Of a DNA stretch of 64,000 bases, positions 38,201-47,441 are shown piece after piece. Positions within the stretch are counted from its first letter, which is position 1; the number at the start of each line of letters is the position of its first letter. The notes beneath the pieces were generated by a model that worked only from the letters and a program-made list of their open reading frames with translations, did no database searches and was not told the origin of the DNA. Location of the stretch: the IMG/VR virus record IMGVR_UViG_3300020463_000007, positions 1 through 64,000 of that record. One strand, written 5' to 3'. The translations under genes and the position numbers were made by a program. The stretch is from a virus.

Positions 38201-38616
38201 GTATCAAACCAATAAGTTCCGTTTGTTGGATATGCAGCTGGTGCTGTTGCTTTTGGTTTAAGTTGATTAGTGTCTACATCTGCTCTTGTTACAAAAGCCG
38301 CGTTGCTAATTCCTAAATATGAATATGCCGCTTGTAAACCGTATTCGTTAAGCTCTCCTGCATGTACTGCATTGTTGCTTGCGTCTGTTTCAAATACTGG
38401 ATCACCAAATGTGTCTGCTAAATCTCTTTGAGATGTTAACAAGAAAGGTTTTCCTGCATTTGCTTTAGTTGTTCCTGTTGCTGTTCCTGTACCTGCAGCG
38501 TTCTTTTTATCTTGAGCACTCACAACAAATATCATAGGTGTTGTGCCTGGCTCTGCCGGAGTATAAAAACTCTCGTCGATAACGCTTACTTGTACGCCTG
38601 GTGAAGTTAATGCCAT
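35272..38616 (-). CDS. Contractile tail sheath protein (gp18-like), enlarged
   Basis: SPGVQVSVID, PWFAPAG..RG, NPI, GQKT, RINVARL, FEPND and IEPVKAVEFIYI motifs. Confidence 0.95.
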   Translation of the reverse strand: MALTSPGVQVSVIDESFYTPAEPGTTPMIFVVSAQDKKNAAGTGTATGTTKANAGKPFLLTSQRDLADTFGDPVFETDASNNAVHAGELNEYGLQAAYSYLGISNAAFVTRADVDTNQLKPKATAPAAYPTNGTYWFDTSITTFGLQEWNGAAVTVTGGQSFTNRVPSVITDVTFVTGTAEAPGAPKTSFGTIGDYAVVALTTLNTMWYKTAGNAPGVTAGTWVQLGSEDWMKSWPTVQGSKANPSFPGSTTITVNGVSISVTSVDTVTTIAATINGLSISGVLAAAVNSKLEIYSDGNSSGAADSTFGGPIVIGGDSATLTLLGIDAGNYFPPALQISAHTSVPEWKTADTYTRPTGSIWFKTTQANLGARFRVKSFNSATLLWETIEAPLYASNEEALYKLDLAGGGANLAAGALYVQTNCAGDAQPLGSYKIYRREAATPTSVRGSKIVASTMTAGVKTFTVASTDAGKATFNTPITVSATFNGTITDADTLAAAITSANIENVTADVDSQNRVTISHSQFGDIRFIDTDGSLTEAGFTAYVSTTSGTPNLYYVAGTDGTTNPLQLQASQWKPLAYTASPNEVTALTDQGTLWYSSVVDEVDLMIHNGTTWVGYLDSTSPYYNASEGEQTDPAGPIVSASSPTLQSDGTALKNGDVWISTAVLSSYPQIYVFNANKLNTPIANRWELRDSADQTTENGVLFADARYATAGSLSTASAIEDLLVSNFLDTDAPDPALYPKGMLLYNLRRSGFNVKRFERNWVNVNGDNLRFNNNEAMENYYPHRWVTESGNQADGSGSFGAKAQRKVVVQALQSLVNSNSDIRDDESRLFNLMATPGYPELIGEMISLNYDRGLSAFIIGDAPFTLKSNATDLNNWATNQALAPEDNDDGLVSRDEYLGVFYPAGFSSDNAGNNIVVPPSHMMLRTMALSDQVSFPWFAPAGIRRGGITNATSTGFVDAEGEFNVVSLNEGQRDTLYAQNVNPITFITGAGLVAYGQKTRARGTSALDRINVARLVIYLRSQLQKLAKPYIFEPNDKITRDEIKGAAESLLLELVGQRALYDFLVVCDESNNTPSRIDRNELYLDIAIEPVKAVEFIYIPLRLKNTGEIAGL

Positions 38617-38652
38617 TTCTTTGTCTCCTGTTGGAATAAGTTATTCTACTTG

Positions 38653-38660
38653 TATTTATA
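38653..38660 (-). promoter_or_regulatory. T4-type late promoter for the tail sheath gene
   Basis: Exact TATAAATA about 36 nt upstream of the sheath ATG. Confidence 0.75.
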
Positions 38661-38727
38661 AGATTTATTTCAAAAACACCTTAAACATACCCATATAAAG
38701 GGACGATAAAGGGGAGCTAAATACATT

Positions 38728-39066
38728 ATGAGACCTTTATGTGTATGTGGATTACGTCCTGCGGCAATTAACTATAAAAAAGGCACTAAAATTTTTTATA
38801 GGAAAAAATGTGAGCTATGTTGTAAGCATGGAGGTACAGGACACGGTATTCCTAAATGGAAACGTGCAGGTTATGAGAAAAAATCACAATGCGAAAAATG
38901 TGGTTATAAAAGTAAGCACAAAGAGCAGTTTAATGTATTCCATATAGACGGTTCTCTGGATAATTGTAGGTTTACTAATTTAAAAACAATTTGTGCAAAT
39001 TGCCAACGTATTATGCAGAAGCAAGGTGTTCGTTGGAAACAAGGAGATCTTGTACCTGATTTCTAA
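38728..39066 (+). CDS. Zn-finger/HNH-like protein
   Basis: CxC, CxxC and CxxC, then HIDG...N...NL..ICANCQ. Confidence 0.75.
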   Translation: MRPLCVCGLRPAAINYKKGTKIFYRKKCELCCKHGGTGHGIPKWKRAGYEKKSQCEKCGYKSKHKEQFNVFHIDGSLDNCRFTNLKTICANCQRIMQKQGVRWKQGDLVPDF

Positions 39067-39622
39067 GGTCAGTAATAGTCTTATTATTTTCTATAATATA
39101 TGTAAATTTAGTATTTGCCCACGCCCATTCACTTGGATGTACTTCTTTAGGTTCTACTCCTAGTGTTTGATATTCGCTAAACCAATCTGGGTCTTGACCT
39201 CTTTTAACTCGCCATACTTGTCCGTTGATTCCATATATCATTTTAGCTTCATTAGGAAAACGTACATCTGGAATAACAAAATTTATATCAGGATTATCAA
39301 GTATTTTCTTTTTTGTTAAACTAACCCATATACCATCATAAAACCCATCTCTCATACATTCTGTACCAAACAACTGTAGCACATATCTTGGTGTTATTTC
39401 TTCACCTGTTTCGTTAGACCAATATGGATCAATTTGCTCACGCCATTGTCTGCTTTGGTCTGTTTTACCATCAAGCAAATTACGATCCCAATCAAACATA
39501 GTTGCTACACTATCTTTTAATTTATCTGCAAAACTAAGTTTTTGAAAGTTATGCCGTTTAATTAAATGATCTGCAATAGTATCTTTACCGCTACCAATTA
39601 AACCACAAATACCAATAATCAT
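39011..39622 (-). CDS. Deoxynucleoside monophosphate kinase (T4 gp1-like)
   Basis: GLIGSGKDT, FADKLK, PRYVLQ..GTE, DVRFPNE and HPSE motifs. Confidence 0.92.
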   Translation of the reverse strand: MIIGICGLIGSGKDTIADHLIKRHNFQKLSFADKLKDSVATMFDWDRNLLDGKTDQSRQWREQIDPYWSNETGEEITPRYVLQLFGTECMRDGFYDGIWVSLTKKKILDNPDINFVIPDVRFPNEAKMIYGINGQVWRVKRGQDPDWFSEYQTLGVEPKEVHPSEWAWANTKFTYIIENNKTITDLRNQVQDLLVSNEHLASA

Positions 39623-39644
39623 ATAGATCTCCTAAGTATCTATA

Positions 39645-39672
39645 GTATACTGGATATTACTGTAAATGTCAA
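39645..39672 (-). promoter_or_regulatory. Sigma70-type promoter for dNMP kinase
   Basis: TTGACA-N17-TATACT. Confidence 0.75.
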
Positions 39673-39679
39673 GTGTTTT

Positions 39680-40438
39680 TTAACCAATTAAGAAACTATA
39701 ACCTACGCCGCCTGGTACGTTTGTAGCTACGTCTTGCTCTAGTTTTTCCATTTCGGCTTGTGCTTCTTGTTTTAGGGTATCACCGTTAAGTTGGCTTCCG
39801 CCTTGTGGGCCAGCAATAGTTGCAAATTTACTACGTGCTTCGCCTAGCATAAATTTACAAGTTGCGAGTGTATAATCCTTTAGCCATTGATTGGCAAGAT
39901 AATCTGTAATTAATTCACTGTTAGGTCTATAATTATAACATAATAAAAGTAGGTCTTCTTCTGCTCTAGGTCTTTGTAATAGTGTTAATTTTTTATTGGC
40001 TGTATTCCATTTGAATTCAATAAAAGATCCAAACATACGTCCTACAATTTCTTGGTAACCAGAAAATAGTTCATATGATGCAAGTCCGCCCATATTAGAG
40101 CTTGCTAACAAATACGTATTTGTATATGCAAGGTTAAAAGGTTCAAATAACGAGCCGCCATCTCCGCCACCTGTTCTAGAACCTATTGAACGTCTATGTA
40201 TTTTTCTAACTTCTACAATTTCATTAGGTAAAATATATTCATTTTGATCAATCACAGTAGGAAGAAATACATAAGATTCTTCAACAGAATTATCTGATCT
40301 TTGTCTAAATTTACTAAATGCTTTATCTAATGCTGTCTGATAGTGTACAGGATCAAGCTCTACATCGATCATACCTCCGCCTAGCATTGTATGCACGTAA
40401 TCAAATATTTCTTGTTTCTGTGTTTGTAGATCTGCCAT
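39680..40438 (-). CDS. Neck protein (T4 gp13-like)
   Basis: LGGGMIDVEL, WLKDYTLA..K..LGEARSKF and PQGG..LNG motifs. Confidence 0.85.
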   Translation of the reverse strand: MADLQTQKQEIFDYVHTMLGGGMIDVELDPVHYQTALDKAFSKFRQRSDNSVEESYVFLPTVIDQNEYILPNEIVEVRKIHRRSIGSRTGGGDGGSLFEPFNLAYTNTYLLASSNMGGLASYELFSGYQEIVGRMFGSFIEFKWNTANKKLTLLQRPRAEEDLLLLCYNYRPNSELITDYLANQWLKDYTLATCKFMLGEARSKFATIAGPQGGSQLNGDTLKQEAQAEMEKLEQDVATNVPGGVGYSFLIG

Positions 40439-40462
40439 AAATATTCTCCGAATTGTCCTCAT

Positions 40463-40496
40463 AGTATTTATCGTTCTTATCGTTCCGATAAATACT
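40463..40496. promoter_or_regulatory. Back-to-back late promoters (11-bp inverted repeat)
   Basis: AGTATTTATCG-N12-CGATAAATACT between the divergent gp13-like and gp14-like genes. Confidence 0.75.
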
Positions 40497-40499
40497 TGT

Positions 40500-41660
40500 A
40501 TGCCAAGACTTAGTTTATATAAGCCCGAACGTGGTAATGATTACGAATTTTTAGACAAGCAAATACTTGAAATGTTTACTGTTGGTGGAACTGACATGTT
40601 TATACACAAGTATTTGGGTCCTAAAAATCCTGGTGAAGATGATGCCACAGCAGATCAGCCTAAATATGATGCTGTAAAACATACTAATATACAAGATTTA
40701 TTATTTCTTGAAAACAGAGACAGAAAATATGATAAAGATGTATATACTATGCGTGGTATATATAATGTCCAAGATGTTGACTTTGATTTAAGTCAGTTCG
40801 GATTATTTTTACAAAACGACACTTTAATGCTTACAATACACATTAGAAGTAGTGTAAAAACATTAGGTCGTAAAATCATGCCAGGTGATGTGATAGAATT
40901 GCCTCATTTAAGAGACGAATATGCACAGAATGATTTAGCTGTAGCATTAAAAAGATTTTATGTAGTTGAGGATGTAAACCGTGCCAGTGAGGGTTTTACA
41001 CAAACATGGTATCCGCATTTATACAGACTAAAGTTAAAACAAATTTACGACAGTCAAGAATACAAAGATATATTAGATTTACCAGCAGAAGAAGATGCTC
41101 CTGGTGGTAACACACTACGTGATTTACTATCTACCTACGAAAAAGAAATGCAAATTAATAATGCTGTTGTTAAACAAGCAGAAGCAGATAGTGCAAAAAG
41201 CGGTTATGATACAAGTCATTTGTTTACTTTACAAACTGACGATTCTGGAAAAACAGAACTTGTTACTGTAGATTCTGCGACACTTGATGCATCAGATGGT
41301 ATCAATGTTGATAAAGTAATGGTACCGCCTGATAAAAATGGTTATCAAGGATATCTATTAGGTGACGGATTACCACCTAACGGAGAAGTTTTTGGACATG
41401 GTATAAGTTTTCCGATTGAGCCTTCAACTCATGATTATTTTTTAAGGACAGATTTTTTGCCAAACAGACTATTTAAATATGACGGTAACCGTTGGGTTAA
41501 ATTAGAAGATGGTGTACGAATGACACTTTCACAAACCGATGACAAGAAAACACTGAAAAGTGGTTTTGTCAACAATACACAAACTGATAACATTGGTGGA
41601 GAAACTGTCAAAGAAAGACAAAGTTTATCTAAAGCACTTAAAGCTAAGCCAGATAATTAA
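40500..41660 (+). CDS. Neck protein (T4 gp14-like)
   Basis: LFLENRDR, LSQFGL and PGDVIELP; located between the gp13-like and gp15-like genes. Confidence 0.75.
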   Translation: MPRLSLYKPERGNDYEFLDKQILEMFTVGGTDMFIHKYLGPKNPGEDDATADQPKYDAVKHTNIQDLLFLENRDRKYDKDVYTMRGIYNVQDVDFDLSQFGLFLQNDTLMLTIHIRSSVKTLGRKIMPGDVIELPHLRDEYAQNDLAVALKRFYVVEDVNRASEGFTQTWYPHLYRLKLKQIYDSQEYKDILDLPAEEDAPGGNTLRDLLSTYEKEMQINNAVVKQAEADSAKSGYDTSHLFTLQTDDSGKTELVTVDSATLDASDGINVDKVMVPPDKNGYQGYLLGDGLPPNGEVFGHGISFPIEPSTHDYFLRTDFLPNRLFKYDGNRWVKLEDGVRMTLSQTDDKKTLKSGFVNNTQTDNIGGETVKERQSLSKALKAKPDN

Positions 41661-41670
41661 GGTATAATAA

Positions 41671-43197
41671 ATGCAACACTTTTATGACGGACAGATAAGA
41701 AGATATTTAACTCAACTAATTAGACTTATGAGTAATTTTTCTTATGAAGATGGCGATAAAAAACTAACACAAATTCCTGTTATGTACGGAGATATAACAA
41801 GACAAGTTGGTAGTATTATACGTGAAAATTCTGAAAACAAAATACCTAGTGCTCCAAGAATGGGAGTTTATGTTACAGGTTTAGAAATGGATACAGCTAG
41901 GTTAGCTGACGCTAGTTTTATTAGTAAAGTTAACATTAGGGAAAGAGCATATGATGATCAAGGTCAAGAATATTTAAATGAGTCTGGAAAAAATTATACC
42001 GTAGAACGATTAATGCCTACTCCTTACACATTATCTGTAAGCTGTGATATATGGAGTACTAACACTGATCAAAAATTACAAATACTAGAACAAATTTTGA
42101 TGTTATTTAATCCTAGTTTTGAAATACAAACCACAGATAATTATATAGACTGGACAAGTTTAAGTGTTGTAAATTTAGAAGGTATAACTTTTAGCAGTCG
42201 ATCAATACCTACTGGTACTGAATCTGAAATTGATGTAGCTACTTTACAATTCCAAACGCCTATATATATTTCACCGCCAGTGAAAGTAAAGCGGCTTGGA
42301 GTCATTACTAATATTATAACTAGTATTTTTGATGAGACAGGAAATATCAACAATATAAATCCTGATAAAATTTTTGATAGCTTTGGTAATCAAATACAAT
42401 CTGAACTATCATCTGATTTTGACAGTCAAGATACTATAATGCCAGAACTTAACACAGATCATACTGAGATACATGGCAGAGTAGGAGTGTTACCTACAGG
42501 TGAAATAGAACACATTACACAAACTGGAAAAGTAAAAAGAGGTACTGCTGATACAGTTGTTTCAATATCACATAGAGGTATGGATCTATTAGTATTGAAT
42601 AATACATTACAATTAATAAACAAAGGAGTTGTTGGCAACACATTATGGCCACAATATCTGGATGCTGTACCTGGTAACTTTAAAACAGGTTTATCACAAA
42701 TTAGATTAGCTAGAAAAGATCTTACAAATGATATTGTAGGAACATTTGCAGTTGATGTAACAGATGAAACTAAAGCTGTAGTAAATTGGGACACTGATAC
42801 ATTACCAAGTGATACAATTATTACCAGTACATTACAAGAAAAAGCAAAAATTGATTATATACTTGATCCAACTAAAACAAATCCAACCACTTTAAAGACA
42901 GCAGGGAATAGAATTTTACTTTTAGGCGCAATAGGTTCAACTGTAAATGTTGATGGTGCCGATGCGTGGAAGAATGCAGATGGTACTGACTTCATTGCTA
43001 ATGAAAACGATATATGTGAATGGGATGGTACTAAATGGGTGATTGTATTTGATGCTTCTACTAAAACAAACCAACTTACTGATGTAACATACGTTACTAA
43101 CCTAAATACAGGTATTCAATATAAATGGGACACTTTTGAATGGGTATTATCGTTCGAAGGTGAATATCCAGACGGCACCTGGCGTATAGTATTTTAA
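41671..43197 (+). CDS. Tail sheath stabiliser/terminator (T4 gp15-like) with C-terminal extension
   Basis: HFYDGQIRR, IPVMYG, MPTPY and QILEQILMLFNP motifs. Confidence 0.85.
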   Translation: MQHFYDGQIRRYLTQLIRLMSNFSYEDGDKKLTQIPVMYGDITRQVGSIIRENSENKIPSAPRMGVYVTGLEMDTARLADASFISKVNIRERAYDDQGQEYLNESGKNYTVERLMPTPYTLSVSCDIWSTNTDQKLQILEQILMLFNPSFEIQTTDNYIDWTSLSVVNLEGITFSSRSIPTGTESEIDVATLQFQTPIYISPPVKVKRLGVITNIITSIFDETGNINNINPDKIFDSFGNQIQSELSSDFDSQDTIMPELNTDHTEIHGRVGVLPTGEIEHITQTGKVKRGTADTVVSISHRGMDLLVLNNTLQLINKGVVGNTLWPQYLDAVPGNFKTGLSQIRLARKDLTNDIVGTFAVDVTDETKAVVNWDTDTLPSDTIITSTLQEKAKIDYILDPTKTNPTTLKTAGNRILLLGAIGSTVNVDGADAWKNADGTDFIANENDICEWDGTKWVIVFDASTKTNQLTDVTYVTNLNTGIQYKWDTFEWVLSFEGEYPDGTWRIVF

Positions 43198-43210
43198 GAT
43201 AATTACTTAT

Positions 43211-43648
43211 ATGAATAACATTGTCTGTAGCGGTGCCCTCTTCTACACCCTTGATACTCACAGATTTTTATTTCTATTTAGATCTAACGGTAAAAAAGCC
43301 GGATTATGGGGATTAGTAGGAGGTACAAATGAAGGAGTAGAAACTCCTTTTGAAGGACTACAAAGAGAAATTAAAGAAGAAATTGGTAGTGTTCCTGAAA
43401 TTAAAAAGGTGCTACCACTAGAATCCTTTGTATCTAATGATGCACACTTCCACTTTCATACATACTTGTGTGTAATAAAAAGTGAATTTATTCCTAAATT
43501 AAATAATGAACACAGCGGTTATGCATGGTGTAGTTTCCGTAACTGGCCTAAACCTTTACACTTAGGTTTGCGTAATACATTACAAAGCAAAGCTAATTTA
43601 ACTAAATTAGAAACTGTGTTCGAGACAATTAATTTACTTGACAATTAA
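43211..43648 (+). CDS. NUDIX hydrolase
   Basis: Nudix box GGTNEGVETPFEGLQREIKEEIG. Confidence 0.88.
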   Translation: MNNIVCSGALFYTLDTHRFLFLFRSNGKKAGLWGLVGGTNEGVETPFEGLQREIKEEIGSVPEIKKVLPLESFVSNDAHFHFHTYLCVIKSEFIPKLNNEHSGYAWCSFRNWPKPLHLGLRNTLQSKANLTKLETVFETINLLDN

Positions 43649-43666
43649 ATTAATAGAAAGTAAAAT
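43638..43666 (+). promoter_or_regulatory. Sigma70-type promoter for the heptose operon
   Basis: TTGACA-N17-TAAAAT, about 6 nt before the hldE ATG. Confidence 0.7.
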
Positions 43667-43672
43667 GAGTGT

Positions 43673-44827
43673 ATGAAGGTTTTAGTATTAGGTGATATAA
43701 TAACTGACAAATATATCTACGGCAGTAGTTCAAGGATTAGTCCTGAGGCTCCGGTGCCAGTGGTCAATATTACTAATGCTGCAACTTCGCTTGGAGGAGC
43801 AGGGCTTGTTTTTGAAAATTTAAAAAGTTTAGGTGTAGATGTTACATTGTTTGATACAATGCAACCTCGCAGTACAAAAACTAGAATTATATCTGACGGA
43901 CATTACATCACTAGACTAGACGAAGATGAGCAAGCAGATGGTGAAGTTGTACTGAAAAAAGTTATCGATACAGACTTTTCACAATATGAATATGTAATAT
44001 TAAGTGACTACAACAAAGGTGTGTTAGATAATGCCAAACAAATTATTAAACACATTAATAGCCAAGGTTGTAAAGTTATTGTAGATCCTAAACGTAATGC
44101 ACAATTTTATCAAGATGCGTGGTTAGTAAAGCCTAATGCAAAAGAATTAATTGACTTTAATTTTAAAGGATGGCAAAGTAATATCATTACTACAGATGCT
44201 GACAAAAATGTAGTTGCTACAATAGATAATATTAAGTATAATGTACCTGTAGAAAAAGTTGAAGTTTCAGATGTTACTGGTGCTGGAGATTGTTTTTTAG
44301 CAGGATTTGTTTATGGACTAACAAAAGAATATAGTTATAAAAAATGTTTACAGATTGCTATAAAAGGATCAACTAAAAGTGTAAGTCGTGCGGGTACATA
44401 TATTCTTAAGCAAGAAGATTTAAATCAAGGTATAGTTTGGACTAACGGTGTATTTGATATACTACACACAGGGCATTTAGAATTATTAAGATATGCTAAT
44501 ACATTAGGAAAAAAACTTATAGTAGGAATTAATAGCGATCCTAGTGTTAAGAGATTAAAAGGCAATAGCAGACCAATTAATAGTGCAGAAGTTCGTAAAA
44601 AGAACTTAGAAACATTACCATGGGTAGATGAAGTAATAGTGTTTGACGATGACACTCCTTTAAAAATTATTGAAACTTTACAGCCTAATATAATTGTAAA
44701 AGGCGGAGATTATACTGTTGAAACAGTAGTAGGACATGAAATATCCAATGTTGTAATTTTTCCAACTATTAAAGGACATAGTACAACTGAAATTATAGAT
44801 AAAATGAAGGCAAATCATGAAAGCTGA
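43673..44827 (+). CDS. hldE: Bifunctional heptose-7-phosphate kinase / heptose-1-phosphate adenylyltransferase
   Basis: RISPEAPVPV, LSDYNKG, DVTGAGD, TNGVFDILHTGH and VKGGDY motifs. Confidence 0.92.
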   Translation: MKVLVLGDIITDKYIYGSSSRISPEAPVPVVNITNAATSLGGAGLVFENLKSLGVDVTLFDTMQPRSTKTRIISDGHYITRLDEDEQADGEVVLKKVIDTDFSQYEYVILSDYNKGVLDNAKQIIKHINSQGCKVIVDPKRNAQFYQDAWLVKPNAKELIDFNFKGWQSNIITTDADKNVVATIDNIKYNVPVEKVEVSDVTGAGDCFLAGFVYGLTKEYSYKKCLQIAIKGSTKSVSRAGTYILKQEDLNQGIVWTNGVFDILHTGHLELLRYANTLGKKLIVGINSDPSVKRLKGNSRPINSAEVRKKNLETLPWVDEVIVFDDDTPLKIIETLQPNIIVKGGDYTVETVVGHEISNVVIFPTIKGHSTTEIIDKMKANHES

Positions 44828-45452
44828 AATACTTGCAGAAAATATAGTCAAAGGTTCAGGCGGACACGGATTAAAGAAAGATCAGTTAGTAAAAATTTTT
44901 ACTAGTATTGATAACTTAGAAGACTTTGCATACACTATGAAAAAAGTATTAGAACATGGTGGCAAAGATTATTTAACTACACAAAGTTTTGAATATAACA
45001 TTCCGGCATTTACTAATTTTACTAAATGGCATCATGTTGATGAAAAATATAATTTAGACTGGGGATTTGATAAGAAAGACGCTGGATGTTATATGTATGG
45101 AATTTTCAAAGATACTTCTCCTAGTACAGTAGACATTTTACAGTCAGAAGTAATTTATATTGGTGAGAGTAGAGCTACTACTAGAAATTGTATGCTAGGA
45201 CGAAGAACAGATTTTAAAGGTACTGTAAAAAACGAAAGGTTATCACCTTATGGTTGTGGTACAGCATTCAAAGAAAAGTTTGGTAAAGAAAATATAAAAT
45301 ATGTGTACCAAGCATATTTGCCAATGCATAATAGTCTTGTAAAAGAAGCAGAAATGCAGATGCTTTGCATGTATTATAAAAAGTATAAAGATATACCTGC
45401 ATGTAATCCTGTAAGCGATTTGCGTAGAGTAAAATTAAGAATGGAAAACTAA
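44817..45452 (+). CDS. GIY-YIG-like nuclease domain protein
   Basis: GCYMY...VIYIGES...R...EAE..L..Y...P.CN pattern. Confidence 0.55.
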   Translation: MKAEILAENIVKGSGGHGLKKDQLVKIFTSIDNLEDFAYTMKKVLEHGGKDYLTTQSFEYNIPAFTNFTKWHHVDEKYNLDWGFDKKDAGCYMYGIFKDTSPSTVDILQSEVIYIGESRATTRNCMLGRRTDFKGTVKNERLSPYGCGTAFKEKFGKENIKYVYQAYLPMHNSLVKEAEMQMLCMYYKKYKDIPACNPVSDLRRVKLRMEN

Positions 45453-45793
45453 TGGAACATTTAAGAAAATATATAGGACTATACTTAACAGCATTAATTT
45501 TGCCTTTTATGTTTGGATATGGCGTAAGTGAAGATCATCCAATATGGGTTTGGTGGATAGCTTTTGCTCTTATAATATTGAAAACTCCTCCTTATAGTAT
45601 CAGTGATCGTTTTTGGGGAGCGTATGCAAGATTATTAGAATGGATATTAGGACCATTAATAAAGAGATTAAAAAAATTACCTTGGTGGGCTAGAACTATT
45701 ATAGCAATAGCAATATTGTACTTTGTGGAAGAATACTTTCTAGCATCACTTGGTTACACAATGTTACCTTGGAGAATGGATTTTGGAAGTTAG
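45452..45793 (+). CDS. Membrane protein
   Basis: Several hydrophobic segments. Confidence 0.6.
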   Translation: MEHLRKYIGLYLTALILPFMFGYGVSEDHPIWVWWIAFALIILKTPPYSISDRFWGAYARLLEWILGPLIKRLKKLPWWARTIIAIAILYFVEEYFLASLGYTMLPWRMDFGS

Positions 45794-45803
45794 GAAAGTT
45801 AGT

Positions 45804-46217
45804 ATGAAGAATATATTTAAAAAAATTAATCAATCTATACCAGATTTTTGTTTGAGTCATTGGCTTTTTAGAATACCCTTAGCTATAGTTTTTATACAGC
45901 AAGGTTTATCTAAATTGCCTGTCACTATCGAAGAAGCAAGTACTTTTGATTTGCCATACTTAGTATGGTGGTTTGTAGCTTATGGTGAGCTTGGTGGTGG
46001 CTTAGGTTTAATTGCTGGTGGCGTGATAGCACGTTGGTGGGAAGAGATAGGAGATCTTATAACACGATTTAGCGGAATTACTATTTGTTCAATTATGACC
46101 GGAGTAATATGGATTGGACAGCCTGAGAATGTAATGGATGTATTATTATATGACAACCTACATTTATTTCTATGGGTAGGTGGACTGTATTTTGCTTTAA
46201 GAGGAAATAGACAATAA
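45804..46217 (+). CDS. DoxX-family membrane protein
   Basis: LFRIPLAIVFIQQGLSK...GELGGGLGLIAG...ITRFSG pattern. Confidence 0.8.
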   Translation: MKNIFKKINQSIPDFCLSHWLFRIPLAIVFIQQGLSKLPVTIEEASTFDLPYLVWWFVAYGELGGGLGLIAGGVIARWWEEIGDLITRFSGITICSIMTGVIWIGQPENVMDVLLYDNLHLFLWVGGLYFALRGNRQ

Positions 46218-47035
46218 TGAGAATACTAGTTACAGGGTACAAAGGATTTATAGGACATAATATTTCTCAATATTTAATTGATAAGGGACATGTAGTAGAA
46301 GGCTGGGAATTTATGGAAAATGCTGTTCCTGACCCTAGTGCTTACGATTGGGTAATACACCTTGGTGCTATTAGTGACACAACATTTACTGATGTTGAAC
46401 AAATAATGTCTAATAATTTTGAAAATAGTATGAGACTATTACAAGCATGTGATACTATGGGTACTAATTTTCAATATGCTTCTAGTGCAAGTGTATACGG
46501 TCCAACCACGCATTTTACAGAAGATGGTCCGCTCTTACCACAGAGTCCTTATGCATGGAGTAAGTACTTGTTAGATAGATTTGTTAACCAACATATAAAT
46601 GACTTTAATGTTATAGTACAAGGATTTAGATATTTTAATGTATACGGAGCATATGAAACTCATAAAGGAAATCAGGCTAGCCCTTACACTAAATTTACAA
46701 AACAGGCAAAAGAAGATAAAATTATAACCGTATTTGAAAATAGTGAAGATTACAAAAGAGATTTTGTATGTGTAGACGATGTATGCAATGTACATGAAAA
46801 AATGTTTAGTGTTGATAAATCAGGTATATGGAATATTGGTACAGGTTCCCCTGAGAGCTTTGAAGTCGTAGCCAGAACAATAGCCGAGAAGTATGGGGCT
46901 GACATTAAATATATACCTATGCCAGATAACTTAAAAGGTCAGTATCAAAAATATACATGTGCAGATTTAACAAAATTAAATTCAATAATAGACCATAAAT
47001 GGATAGATATTAAGGATTATATAAATGGAAGTTGA
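46217..47035 (+). CDS. hldD: ADP-L-glycero-D-manno-heptose 6-epimerase
   Basis: VTGYKGFIG, HLGAISDT, YASSASVYG, YAWSK, RYFNVYG, KRDF and YQKYTCAD motifs. Confidence 0.9.
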   Translation: MRILVTGYKGFIGHNISQYLIDKGHVVEGWEFMENAVPDPSAYDWVIHLGAISDTTFTDVEQIMSNNFENSMRLLQACDTMGTNFQYASSASVYGPTTHFTEDGPLLPQSPYAWSKYLLDRFVNQHINDFNVIVQGFRYFNVYGAYETHKGNQASPYTKFTKQAKEDKIITVFENSEDYKRDFVCVDDVCNVHEKMFSVDKSGIWNIGTGSPESFEVVARTIAEKYGADIKYIPMPDNLKGQYQKYTCADLTKLNSIIDHKWIDIKDYINGS

Positions 47036-47441
47036 AAGACTTAGTGGTGTTGTACAAAAAGGTTGGGGTTACGAACTTATTTGGGCAACTAATGACAAGT
47101 ACTGTGGTAAAATTATGGTATTTGAGAAAAAAGGTAATAAGTTTTCTATGCACTTTCATAGAGAAAAAGACGAAACATGGTTTGTTAATAATGGCAAATT
47201 TACTGTAAGGTGGATCGATACTAAAACTGCCACACTACACGAACAAGAATTAATTGAAGGCCAGACTTGGCATAATCCACCCCTACAACCTCATCAGCTA
47301 GAAGCACTAGAAGATGGCAGTAGCATTACTGAAGTTAGTACGCCTGACTCAGTAGAAGATAATTATAGAATTATTCCCGGAGATAGTCAAAGTGAACGAA
47401 CAACAGATACCAGTGACGGAAACACCACAACCGATAATTAG
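47025..47441 (+). CDS. Cupin sugar-isomerase-like protein
   Basis: KGWGYE...YCGK...SMHFH..KDETW...PH...EVST. Confidence 0.75.
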   Translation: MEVERLSGVVQKGWGYELIWATNDKYCGKIMVFEKKGNKFSMHFHREKDETWFVNNGKFTVRWIDTKTATLHEQELIEGQTWHNPPLQPHQLEALEDGSSITEVSTPDSVEDNYRIIPGDSQSERTTDTSDGNTTTDN

